Shown: positions 19,523 through 28,852 of the stretch, piece after piece
Position numbering within the stretch: position 1 is the stretch's first letter
How the letters are laid out: every line of letters begins with the position of its first letter
NCBI GenBank assembly: GCA_043822705.1
Contig: JBDRBK010000115.1
Location: forward strand, 49,993 to 113,992
DNA from: Fidelibacterota bacterium
GTDB taxonomy: Bacteria > Fidelibacterota > Marinisomatia > Marinisomatales > TCS56
Direction: 5' to 3'
Length of the DNA stretch: 64,000 nucleotides
Translations under genes and position numbers: made by a program
The notes under the pieces: model-generated
The model's database searches: none
Told to the model about the DNA's origin: nothing
Seen by the model: only the letters and a program-made list of their open reading frames with translations

Positions 19523-19700
19523 CCCATTCAGGGTCATGGTCTCTGTGCAGAGGCGATATCGGTTGTGCCGATAGTTATCCAGGTTCAATCCCTTCGGAAT
19601 TGCTCAAACGGTGTGATACCAATTTCGAAAACTCCGCAGGAGTTTTATGTGAATAGACGATCAGATTGGAAAGAAACGGCAATCCCGGAGGGGTTGAATT
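19521..19700. repeat. REP/BIME-like multi-hairpin repeat, copy C, ending just before the ygfK start codon
   Basis: Direct repeat of copy B. Most differences fall in hairpin loops or are paired, with a few stem mismatches. Confidence 0.85.
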
Positions 19701-19705
19701 AAACC

Positions 19706-22700
19706 ATGTCCGATAAATTATTCACCTGCCCGATCGATCGACTGCTGAGCTGGATACTGGCCGAGGAGCGTCAGGGATCAATCTTTGGCATTGATAAGAA
19801 CCTGTTTTTTATGCCTGCCGCCACCGATCCGTTCCGGATGCGGCGTTACGACCAGCTTCTGGAAACACCTGTCGGTGTGGCGGCGGGTCCCCACACCCAG
19901 CTTTCCCAGAATATTATATCCGCCTGGCTCACCGGCGCCCGCTACATCGAACTGAAAACCGTCCAGACATTGGATAAAATCGAGGTCGCCAAACCCTGCA
20001 TCGATATGCAGGACGAAGGCTACAACTGCGAATGGTCCCAGGAATTGAAACTGCGCCGGTCCTTCGACCAGTACCTGGATGCCTGGATTCTGATTCATGT
20101 TCTCCGCCGGCATTTCGGCTGGGAGTTCGGTATCGGTCCCGGTGTCATCTTCAACATGAGCGTGGGTTATGATCTGGCCGGTATTAAAAACGCCAATGTC
20201 CAGGAATTCCTCGATTTAATGGAGAACTGCCAGCCATTGCTGGAAGCCAAACTGGAACAGATTGAAACAATCTATCCGGCCACTCATGACTTAGGAATAG
20301 CGTCCCGTCTGTCCGATAACGTGACCCTGTCCACCATGCATGGCTGTCCACCAGATGAGATCGAGCGAATCGCCCGCTATTTGATTGAAGAACGCCGCCT
20401 GCACACGGCGGTGAAACTGAATCCGACTCTGCTGGGACCCGACAATCTGCGGCAAATCCTCACCAGCAATCTGGGCTTCAGGAATATCACCGTTCCCGAT
20501 CAGGCTTTCGAGCACGATCTGAAATATGATCAGGCTCTCACAATTATTCGCAATTTGCAAGCCAGCGCCGGAAAAGCGGGGGTGGAATTCGGACTGAAAC
20601 TCACCAACACACTGGAAGTACTGAATCAGAAGGAATTGTTTCCCGGTAGCGAGGAGCAGGCGTACCTGAGTGGTCGCGCGCTCCATCCCCTGAGTGTCAA
20701 CTTGGCTGCTAAACTGCAGACTGAATTTGATGGCGCTTTGGATTTATCGTTTTGCGCCGGTGCCGACTGTTTTAATATCGCTGATCTCGTTGCCTGCGGA
20801 CTGGCCCCGGTTACCACCTGCTCCGACCTGCTCAAGCCGGGAGGCTATGGCCGGTTGAAACAGTATATCGGCCAACTTGCGGATCGATTCTCCAAGCGGT
20901 CAGCGGTCAGCGTTGAAGATTTTATCAATATTACAGCCGGGCATCCCGGCTCAACCAGTCAGGCCGCGCTGAAGAATCTACAGGCTTACGCCAAAGTTGT
21001 GCTCACTAATGATAGCTACCAGCGGGAATCACCGTTCTACCCGTCGGTGAAAACCCTCAAGCCGCTTCCGGTATTCGATTGCATTTCCGCCCCCTGCACC
21101 GCGGCCTGCGCTACCGATCAGGGTATCCCGGAATACATGTACCACACCGCCAAAAGCGATTTCGATCGGGCTTATGCCACAATTTTAAAGACCAACCCGT
21201 TGCCAGGTATTACCGGTTATGTCTGCGATCACCTGTGCCAGACCAAATGCACCCGCATCAACTACGACCGGCCGCTGCTGATCCGGGAAATCAAACGTTT
21301 TGTCACCGAACACGGTCAGACCGGGAATACACCTATAAAGATCACCTCGAATGGCAAACAAGTAGCCGTTATCGGTGGAGGACCATCGGGATTGTCATGT
21401 GCCTATTTCCTGGCATTGCAGGGTTTTGCAGTGGAAATATTTGAAGCCAAGGCCAACCTGGGCGGCATGGTTTCCGGGGCGATTCCACGGTTTCGACTGG
21501 GCGATGACAGCGTTCAAAATGATCTCAATCTAATCACCGGACTGGGCGTGCAAATCCATTACAGCCGTACTATTGATCAGGACGAATTCCAGCGCCTGCA
21601 GACCGAATATGACTATGTCTATCTGGGTCTGGGGGCCCAGGCCAGCCGCAAACTGAATATCCCCGGTGAAGACCACAACCGGGTTTTGGATCCCCTGAAA
21701 TTTTTGTCCGCCGTGAAGAATGGTATATCCCTGCCGATGGGGTCGGAAGTAATTATTATCGGCGGTGGTAACACCGCCATGGATGCCGCCCGCACCTCGT
21801 TACGATTGGTCGGTGAAGGGGGAACAGTGACCATCGTTTATCGGCGCACCATCGACCAGATGCCGGCGGACTGGGAAGAGGTGGCGGCCGCCCAAGCAGA
21901 GGGGATTGCCATCCACGAGTTGCTGGCGCCGGTTTTTATTGAAGAACAGGGCGGTAAGTTGGTACTGATCGTACGCCGCATACGACTGGGTGCCAAAGAC
22001 AGCAGCGGACGTCCCCGGCCGGTGGATATTCCCGGCAGCGATTTCGCATTGGACTGTGATTACCTGATTCCCGCCGTGGGGCAGTCGGTGGCAGTGGATT
22101 TTCTGGATGATGCCGATTTGCGGGTTGATCCGCGGACCAAGGCTACCAGCCGGCCAAAGGTATATGCCGGTGGTGACGCCGTCCGGGGGGCCTATACCAT
22201 CATCGCCGCCGTGGGCGACGGCCAGCGCGCCGCTGCTGCAATTGGTGAACAGGTCACGGGGACTACGGTTAATTTTGATACGGGCCTGGCCGGAAAAGCG
22301 TCGGCGGAAGTACAAGCTCAGCGCTTTGCTACGCGCGATTATGGTTCGATAACCAGCGGATTTGAACCGCACCACGATCGTCCGGTCAAGACATTGCTGA
22401 CGTCGGAACAGGCCTGGACCGAGGCCGCCCGCTGTCTGTACTGTGACGAATTTTGCGATATCTGCGTTACCGTCTGCCCCAACCGCGCCAACCTGGCTTA
22501 TCCGGTGGATAAGATCGCCATTGATATTCCGATTGTTACGCAATTAGGCGGCAAAACCGCAATCAAAGCAGGCAGCCGCTTGATAGTGGATCAGCCGACC
22601 CAGATCGCCAATATTGCCGATTTCTGTAACGAATGCGGCAACTGTACGACGTTTTGTCCCACCGCCGGTGCCCCCTGGCGGGACAAACCGCGCATCTGCC

Positions 22701-22999
22701 TGTCGGAGGCCGGTTTCGCCGACCTGGTCGAAGGTTATTACCTGCGGCTGGACCGGCTGGACTTCAAATCTCCCGCCGGCAGCACCAGTTTGCAAATCAT
22801 AGACGAGCAACTGGTCTGGGAAACACCTCAATTGACGGTGACATTTGACAAAAAGACATTGGAATTGACCCGGGTGGACTGGAAAACAACACCCGACCAA
22901 TCAATCTCACTGGAGCCGGCGCTGAGAATGGCGGTTATCTGGAAAGGGTTGCGTGAAATATCGATATCCGGTTTACCATTGATAAACCAGGAGCACTGA
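19706..22999 (+). CDS. ygfK: YgfK-type Fe-S/flavin oxidoreductase (annotated in E. coli as putative selenate reductase subunit)
   Basis: 1097 aa. It has an N-terminal DHODH/DPD-like TIM barrel, a central GltD-like domain (VIGGGPSGLSCA, IIGGGNTAMDAAR) and C-terminal ferredoxin-type Cys clusters (CDICVTVCP, CNECGNCTTFCP). Confidence 0.85.
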   Translation: MSDKLFTCPIDRLLSWILAEERQGSIFGIDKNLFFMPAATDPFRMRRYDQLLETPVGVAAGPHTQLSQNIISAWLTGARYIELKTVQTLDKIEVAKPCIDMQDEGYNCEWSQELKLRRSFDQYLDAWILIHVLRRHFGWEFGIGPGVIFNMSVGYDLAGIKNANVQEFLDLMENCQPLLEAKLEQIETIYPATHDLGIASRLSDNVTLSTMHGCPPDEIERIARYLIEERRLHTAVKLNPTLLGPDNLRQILTSNLGFRNITVPDQAFEHDLKYDQALTIIRNLQASAGKAGVEFGLKLTNTLEVLNQKELFPGSEEQAYLSGRALHPLSVNLAAKLQTEFDGALDLSFCAGADCFNIADLVACGLAPVTTCSDLLKPGGYGRLKQYIGQLADRFSKRSAVSVEDFINITAGHPGSTSQAALKNLQAYAKVVLTNDSYQRESPFYPSVKTLKPLPVFDCISAPCTAACATDQGIPEYMYHTAKSDFDRAYATILKTNPLPGITGYVCDHLCQTKCTRINYDRPLLIREIKRFVTEHGQTGNTPIKITSNGKQVAVIGGGPSGLSCAYFLALQGFAVEIFEAKANLGGMVSGAIPRFRLGDDSVQNDLNLITGLGVQIHYSRTIDQDEFQRLQTEYDYVYLGLGAQASRKLNIPGEDHNRVLDPLKFLSAVKNGISLPMGSEVIIIGGGNTAMDAARTSLRLVGEGGTVTIVYRRTIDQMPADWEEVAAAQAEGIAIHELLAPVFIEEQGGKLVLIVRRIRLGAKDSSGRPRPVDIPGSDFALDCDYLIPAVGQSVAVDFLDDADLRVDPRTKATSRPKVYAGGDAVRGAYTIIAAVGDGQRAAAAIGEQVTGTTVNFDTGLAGKASAEVQAQRFATRDYGSITSGFEPHHDRPVKTLLTSEQAWTEAARCLYCDEFCDICVTVCPNRANLAYPVDKIAIDIPIVTQLGGKTAIKAGSRLIVDQPTQIANIADFCNECGNCTTFCPTAGAPWRDKPRICLSEAGFADLVEGYYLRLDRLDFKSPAGSTSLQIIDEQLVWETPQLTVTFDKKTLELTRVDWKTTPDQSISLEPALRMAVIWKGLREISISGLPLINQEH

Positions 23000-23084
23000 G
23001 TGCCGCGAGGATTATCGTATGCATCCTTATCGCTGCAGTATCCGCTGTGCCGCCGTGGTAAAAATAGCTTAAATTAAACGAATT

Positions 23085-24491
23085 ATGTCGCGAATATTAA
23101 TCAAGAACCCGCTCCTGGTCGCCACTATGGATGACCGCCGCCGGGAATTTCACGGCGGCCATATACTAGCCGAGAACGGCATTATCACAGCGCTGGGACC
23201 GGAACCTGCGGACCTGTCCGCCGATGAAGTCATCGATGCCGTCGGGATGGTAGTTCTTCCGGGACTGGTTAACACACATCATCATTTTTACCAAACCCTG
23301 ACCCGCAATATCCCGCTGATGCAGAACCAGCCCCTGTTCGGCTGGCTCACCAACCATTACCAGGTCTGGCGCGAACTCACCGCCGAGGCGGTGAGCATCA
23401 GCACTAAAACGGCCCTGCTGGAATTGATGAAATCCGGTTGCAGCACCAGTTCCGACCACCTGTACCTGTTCCCGGCCCGGGAGACCGGTAAGTTGATCGA
23501 TGCCCAGATTGCCGCCGCCCGTGAAATCGGTACCCGTTTTCACGCCACCCGCGGTTCGATGTCGCTGGGAAAATCGCAAGGTGGTTTGCCACCGGATGAC
23601 ACGGTTCAGACCGAGGCGGAAATCCAGGCCGACACCGAACGGTTGCTGAAAACCTATCATGACGACGGGGAAGGAGCCATGATCCGCCTGGCCCTGGCGC
23701 CCTGCTCGCCGTTTTCAGTCACCCCGGAATTGATGCGTGCGGCTGCTGAATTCGCCCGTGCTAACAATTTGCAGATTCACACCCACCTGGCGGAAACCCT
23801 GGATGAGGAAAAATTCTGTCTCGAAACGTACGGAAAACGTCCCGCCGATTACGTGGATTCCCTGGGCTGGATCACCGATTTTGCCTGGTTTGCCCATTCA
23901 ATATTCCTGAATGATGATGAAATCAAGCGGCTGGGCGCCACCGGTGCCGGCGTCAGTCACTGCCCTTCATCCAACATGCGGCTGGGCTCGGGCATCGCCC
24001 GTGTCCGGGAAATGCTGGATGCCGGCGTCAAGGTATCACTGGGGGTGGACGGTTCCGCCTCCAATGACGGCAGCAACCTGCTGGCTGAAGCGCGGCAGGC
24101 GCTGTTGATTTCCCGCTTGCGTGAAGAGCAATACTGGCTCACCGCCCGCGATGTGCTGGCAATCGCCACCCGCGGCGGCGCCGCTGCTTTGGGTCGCAGT
24201 GATATCGGCGAGCTGGCGGTGGGCAAACGGGCCGACCTGGCCCTGTTTTCCGTGACCGGACTCGAGTATGCCGGCGCCCTGTCCGATCCCCTGGCGGCGC
24301 TGGTATTTACCGTGCGGCAGTCGCCGGTGGACTACCTGCTGGTCGAGGGCGTGATCCGGATTCGGAACGGGCGCAGTCAGGTCGACGAACGCCAACTGGC
24401 GCAAACCCATAACCGGCTGGCGGCCCGGATGCTGGAACAGGCCGGCGCCAGGACCGGTATCGATTTTCGGCAGCAGGAAGGTGATAGATAA
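23085..24491 (+). CDS. 8-oxoguanine/guanine-deaminase-like amidohydrolase
   Basis: ILIKNPLLVATMDD N-terminus, PGLVNTHHHFYQ, HTHLAE and GVDGSASND metal-ligand motifs. Confidence 0.75.
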   Translation: MSRILIKNPLLVATMDDRRREFHGGHILAENGIITALGPEPADLSADEVIDAVGMVVLPGLVNTHHHFYQTLTRNIPLMQNQPLFGWLTNHYQVWRELTAEAVSISTKTALLELMKSGCSTSSDHLYLFPARETGKLIDAQIAAAREIGTRFHATRGSMSLGKSQGGLPPDDTVQTEAEIQADTERLLKTYHDDGEGAMIRLALAPCSPFSVTPELMRAAAEFARANNLQIHTHLAETLDEEKFCLETYGKRPADYVDSLGWITDFAWFAHSIFLNDDEIKRLGATGAGVSHCPSSNMRLGSGIARVREMLDAGVKVSLGVDGSASNDGSNLLAEARQALLISRLREEQYWLTARDVLAIATRGGAAALGRSDIGELAVGKRADLALFSVTGLEYAGALSDPLAALVFTVRQSPVDYLLVEGVIRIRNGRSQVDERQLAQTHNRLAARMLEQAGARTGIDFRQQEGDR

Positions 24492-24494
24492 CCT

Positions 24495-25217
24495 ATGTGG
24501 TCTTCGCTGAAAACCATTCACGTTCCGATTTCACTGGCTGCGGCCGCTGAGCTGGCGGTAAAACGCGGTCATGCCGTATTCGCCGGTGGCAGTTACCTGG
24601 CCGCGGAGCGCGATCCGGCCGTCACCACGCTGGTGGACATCAATCATCTGATCACGAGAAAAATCAAGGTCACCAAAGGACAAATCCGCTGTGGCGCCGG
24701 TGTCAGTTTACAGCAGTTGATCGACCAGCTGGAGACCGCAGACGACTTAAAACTGGCGACCGCCGCCCGCTGGTCCTGCGCCTCGAAAAATATCCGCAAC
24801 CAACGCACCATCGGCGGTGAAATCAGTCGCAGCCGGACCGATTCCGAGCTGGTGGTTCTGCTGCAGGCGTTGGCAGTCCGACTTGACCGGGCCGGTGACC
24901 GGATTATTACCGAGTTAATCATTGAACATAACGATGTCGGCGCCGTTGCTCTTGAGCGTTTCGCGCTGTTGCCGTCGGCGCCGGCCTTTGTCATTGTCGC
25001 TGCCGTACGGCGGAAGCATAATTATGATATTGCCGTTGGCGGCAGCGCAACCACGATCACTACTGCCGCAGTGGTGAAATCGGATTTCACCGACGACTGG
25101 ATCGACAGCTTCGCCAGGGCGGTGGCCGGAAAATTCCGGGCCGATGAGGTCGGTTCCCGGAAATATAAACAATCCGTGGTCGCCACCGGCCTGCGGCGGG
25201 CGCGAGGGGTCTTATGA
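24495..25217 (+). CDS. ygfM: Short FAD-binding subunit (YgfM-like) of XDH-family enzyme set 2
   Basis: 240 aa with FAGGSYL and RTIGGEI motifs. It directly precedes the 2Fe-2S and Mo subunits with overlapping stops and starts. Confidence 0.7.
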   Translation: MWSSLKTIHVPISLAAAAELAVKRGHAVFAGGSYLAAERDPAVTTLVDINHLITRKIKVTKGQIRCGAGVSLQQLIDQLETADDLKLATAARWSCASKNIRNQRTIGGEISRSRTDSELVVLLQALAVRLDRAGDRIITELIIEHNDVGAVALERFALLPSAPAFVIVAAVRRKHNYDIAVGGSATTITTAAVVKSDFTDDWIDSFARAVAGKFRADEVGSRKYKQSVVATGLRRARGVL

Positions 25218-25651
25218 CCATCGAATTTATCTTGAATGACCGGCGCGTTGCAGTTGAAGCGGAGCCGGGCGCCAACCTGTTGGAAATGCTGCGGGAGCGG
25301 GGTTTGTTCAGCGTCAAGCATGGCTGCGATCACGGCGAATGCGGCGCTTGCACCGTGCTGCTGGACGAACGGGCCGTTAATGCCTGCCTGGTGCTGGCTT
25401 TTTCAGTGGCCGGGAAGAGGGTGGAGACGGTGGAGAAATTCAGCAGTCACGACCACTTGCACCCGCTGCAGGAAAAATTCATCGCCAGCGGGGCGATCCA
25501 GTGCGGTTTCTGCACGCCGGGGATGATCCTGGCGCTGGAAGCGCTACGGCGGGAGAAAGCGAATCCCACCGAAAGCGACGTCCGCGATGCCCTGGCCGGC
25601 AATCTCTGCCGTTGTACCGGCTACGTTAAACCGGTGGAGGCGGCCCAATGA
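25214..25651 (+). CDS. (2Fe-2S)-binding small subunit (set 2)
   Basis: CDHGECGACTV and QCGFCTPG...CRCTGY. Confidence 0.9.
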   Translation: MTIEFILNDRRVAVEAEPGANLLEMLRERGLFSVKHGCDHGECGACTVLLDERAVNACLVLAFSVAGKRVETVEKFSSHDHLHPLQEKFIASGAIQCGFCTPGMILALEALRREKANPTESDVRDALAGNLCRCTGYVKPVEAAQ

Positions 25652-27933
25652 AGGTGATCGGCCAACAGACCGCCCGCATCGACGGCCGTGCCCTGGCTAC
25701 CGGTCAGCCGGTATTCGCCGACGATATTGAATTAAAAAACGTGCTGCACTGTAAGGTGTTGCACAGCACCGTGGCGCATGCCCGGATCAAAAAAATTGAT
25801 GCCGGCCGCGCCCTGCGGCGGCTCGGGGTGGTGGCGGTCTATACGCATGCCGATTTTCCGCGGCATTATTACACCACCGCCGGTCAGGGGTATCCCGAAC
25901 CGGGTCCCCGGGATTACCGCATCCTGGACGACACCGTCCGCTACGTGGGTGACCGGGTGGCGTTGGTGGTGGCCGAATCGCTGGCCGCTGCCGAAGCTGC
26001 CTTGACGGCAATTGCCGTGGAATATGAAGAATTACCGGCGGCATTCGACCCGCGCGAAGCGCTGAACGGTAAGGTGGTAATCCATCCCGAGGCAGGCAAG
26101 ACCGGCATTCACGAAGTCGGCCGCAACGTTGCCGCCCACATCAGCGCCGAAGTTGGCGATGTGGAGGCGGCATTCAAGTCGGCACCCCACGTATTTGCCG
26201 GGGAATACAGTACGCCCTTCGTCCAGCAGGCCCATATCGAACCGCATATCTGCCTGAGCTGGCGCGACGAGCACAACCGGATCGTGATTCGGACCGCCAC
26301 CCAGGTACCCTTTCATGTGCGGCGGATCGTGGCCGAGGTTCTGAATATACCCGTGGGACAGGTGCGGGTGATCAAGCCCCGGATCGGCGGCGGCTTCGGC
26401 GGCAAACAGGAAATATTGAACGAGGAACTGGTGGCGGCGGTGACGCTGAAAACCGGTCGTCCGGCCCGGCTGGAATACACCCGGGAAGAGGAATTTTACG
26501 CCGCCCGCTGCCGGCACCCGCAGATCACCAATTTCCGGATCGCCGTGGATGACGACCACTGCATCCAGGCCATCGACCTGAAAATACTGGAAAACACCGG
26601 CGCCTATGGCGCCCATTCACTGACGGTGATGTCGGTGACGGCCCAGAAGACGCTGTCGCTGTATCGGGCACCCAATCTGCGGGTCCACGGCGATGCGGTC
26701 TACACCAACCTGCCGATCGCCGGGGCCTACCGTGGCTATGGCGCGCCCCAGGGTTTTTTCGGCCTGGAATCGCTGCTGGATGAGATTGCCGATCAATTGG
26801 GCATCGATCCGGTGGAATTTCGCCATAAGAATTATGTGCGGGTGGGCGACGACCTGCCGATTGCCGCCATTCTGGGCGAAGGCCGGGAGGGTTACCCGGC
26901 CCAGGTGCGCTCATCGGGATTGCGGGAGTGCCTGGAGGAAGGCAAAAAACTGATCGGCTGGGACAAACTGCGCAACGCCGCCAGGAGCGGTGCGATCCGG
27001 CGCGGCGTCGGCGTGGCGGCGGTGGGGCAGGGCAGCGGGATTCCCGGGATCGACATGGGTTCGGCCTTTATTAAAATGAACGAGGACGCCAGTTTCAACC
27101 TGCTGGTGGGCGCCACCGACCTGGGGACCGGCTCCGACACGGTGCTGGCCCAGATCGCCGCCGAGGAACTGGGCGTAGCGGTGAATAAAATCATTGTCTA
27201 CTCGTCGGACACCGACCACACCCCCTTCGATACCGGCGCCTATGCTTCCAGCACGACTTACATCTCCGGGGCGGCCGTCAAAAAAGCGGCGGCGGCGGTG
27301 AAACGGCAGATTCTGGAACTGGGTAAAAAGTTATTGTCCGTGGATCAGGCGGAAATCCGGGACGGGCAGGTAGTGGCCCCGGGTGGCGAGAGCATATCCT
27401 TTGGAGAAATCTGCACCAAAACCTTTTATACTGATGAGCAGACCCAGATCATGGCCACCGCCAGCCACTTGAGTTTCGATTCGCCCTCGCCCTACAACGC
27501 CACATTTGCCGATGTGAGCGTCGATACCGAAACCGGGCTGGTAACCGTGAACAAGGTGGTATCGGTGACTGACATCGGCCAGGTGATCAACCCGCAGATG
27601 GCGGAGGGGCAGACCGAAGGGGGCATCCCCCAGGCGTTGGGGATGGCGTTGACCGAATTCATGGTTTTCGACGATAAAGGCCGGCCGCGGAATACCGACT
27701 TCAACCGTTACCATATTTACACAGCCATCGATATGCCTGAGATCGTGGCCCGATTCATCCCTACCCACGAGCCCACCGGACCCTACGGCGCCAAGGCGGC
27801 GGCGGAGATACCGATCAATGGTCCCGCCCCGGCGGTGCTGAATGCGATTTACAATGCCTGCGGGGTGCGGATTCGGGAGCTGCCGGTCACGCCGGAGAAG
27901 GTGCTGGCGGGATTAGTGAGGAGTAATAAGTAA
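25648..27933 (+). CDS. XDH-family molybdopterin-binding large subunit (set 2, XdhD-like)
   Basis: RIDGRALATG, GGGFGGKQ, AYRGYGAPQ and a C-terminal ...ELPVTPEKVL. Confidence 0.9.
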   Translation: MKVIGQQTARIDGRALATGQPVFADDIELKNVLHCKVLHSTVAHARIKKIDAGRALRRLGVVAVYTHADFPRHYYTTAGQGYPEPGPRDYRILDDTVRYVGDRVALVVAESLAAAEAALTAIAVEYEELPAAFDPREALNGKVVIHPEAGKTGIHEVGRNVAAHISAEVGDVEAAFKSAPHVFAGEYSTPFVQQAHIEPHICLSWRDEHNRIVIRTATQVPFHVRRIVAEVLNIPVGQVRVIKPRIGGGFGGKQEILNEELVAAVTLKTGRPARLEYTREEEFYAARCRHPQITNFRIAVDDDHCIQAIDLKILENTGAYGAHSLTVMSVTAQKTLSLYRAPNLRVHGDAVYTNLPIAGAYRGYGAPQGFFGLESLLDEIADQLGIDPVEFRHKNYVRVGDDLPIAAILGEGREGYPAQVRSSGLRECLEEGKKLIGWDKLRNAARSGAIRRGVGVAAVGQGSGIPGIDMGSAFIKMNEDASFNLLVGATDLGTGSDTVLAQIAAEELGVAVNKIIVYSSDTDHTPFDTGAYASSTTYISGAAVKKAAAAVKRQILELGKKLLSVDQAEIRDGQVVAPGGESISFGEICTKTFYTDEQTQIMATASHLSFDSPSPYNATFADVSVDTETGLVTVNKVVSVTDIGQVINPQMAEGQTEGGIPQALGMALTEFMVFDDKGRPRNTDFNRYHIYTAIDMPEIVARFIPTHEPTGPYGAKAAAEIPINGPAPAVLNAIYNACGVRIRELPVTPEKVLAGLVRSNK

Positions 27934-28208
27934 TAGGTAATTAGTGAGCCTGCCTGCGCCAAGGCTTCGGCAGGTGAGAGCAGCTTAGCTGCTAAGTGAG
28001 AATGTCAGCCTGTGGCGGACTGGAGAGAATGCTTCGCTTAGTGAGGAACAACAAACTTGCTGTCATACTGAGCCTGCCTGTCAGGCGTAACGCAGTATAG
28101 ACTGATCGAAGTATGATTCAATAAAACACCCTTCCCCGCCTGCGTACCTCCGGCGGGCAGGGACCAGCTCAGGGTGACATTGTCTTAATGTATCTGGTTC
28201 GTCCAATA

Positions 28209-28276
28209 CCTGCGGGGTGCGCATCCGCGAGCTGCCGGTGACACCGGAGAAGGTGCTGAATGTCTTAATAAAATGA
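28209..28276 (+). pseudogene. Orphan relic of the last codons of an XDH-family large-subunit gene
   Basis: 28209-28258 matches 27857-27906 at 45/50 nt. It is in frame (CGVRIRELPVTPEKVL) and then runs into AT-rich codons and a TGA at 28274-28276. There is no upstream coding body. Confidence 0.75.
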
Positions 28277-28310
28277 AAAATACATTCATTTACTAAGGGG
28301 ATATTTTATT

Positions 28311-28838
28311 ATGAAATTAAGAATGACAGAGGATGAGTATTTTAGTGATTTAACTTGGATCGGTCTTATAGGAGCCATTGCTGGTGCAGTTGGTGGGGCC
28401 TACCTTTCTGGTAAAACACCATTAGAAGAAGAAATTGTTACAAATTATAATATTGAGCAGAAGGAATTGGAGAGAAAACAGAGGCTGCTTGAGCCAATAT
28501 TAGAATTGGAAAAACTAAAATCACATTCAAATGCTTTCAAGATTTATGTTGAATCAGTTGAACTATTTCTAAATGGATATTATCGAGCTTCATGCATATT
28601 CGCGGCTGCATTATTAGAACATATCCTGAAAAATAAATTTGGTCACGAAAAAGGATTTTCTGATTTAATTAACATTGCATACAATACGAGCCTACTATCA
28701 AAAAGTGATAGACATTTTCTAGATGGAATTAGAGAAGAAAGGAATTCATTAATTCACGATTTCTCTTATAATATAAATGAGGATGAGGCAAAGACACTAT
28801 TGTACCTGTCAGTAGCATTGATTAATAGATTATTATAG
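28311..28838 (+). CDS. Membrane-anchored HEPN-like (DUF4145-like) protein
   Basis: 175 aa with one TM helix (WIGLIGAIAGAVGGAYL), a coiled-coil stretch and a C-terminal helical domain carrying an Rx4H motif (RNSLIH). AT-rich codon usage is unlike the flanks. Confidence 0.6.
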   Translation: MKLRMTEDEYFSDLTWIGLIGAIAGAVGGAYLSGKTPLEEEIVTNYNIEQKELERKQRLLEPILELEKLKSHSNAFKIYVESVELFLNGYYRASCIFAAALLEHILKNKFGHEKGFSDLINIAYNTSLLSKSDRHFLDGIREERNSLIHDFSYNINEDEAKTLLYLSVALINRLL

Positions 28839-28852
28839 CTGTTAACTATATA

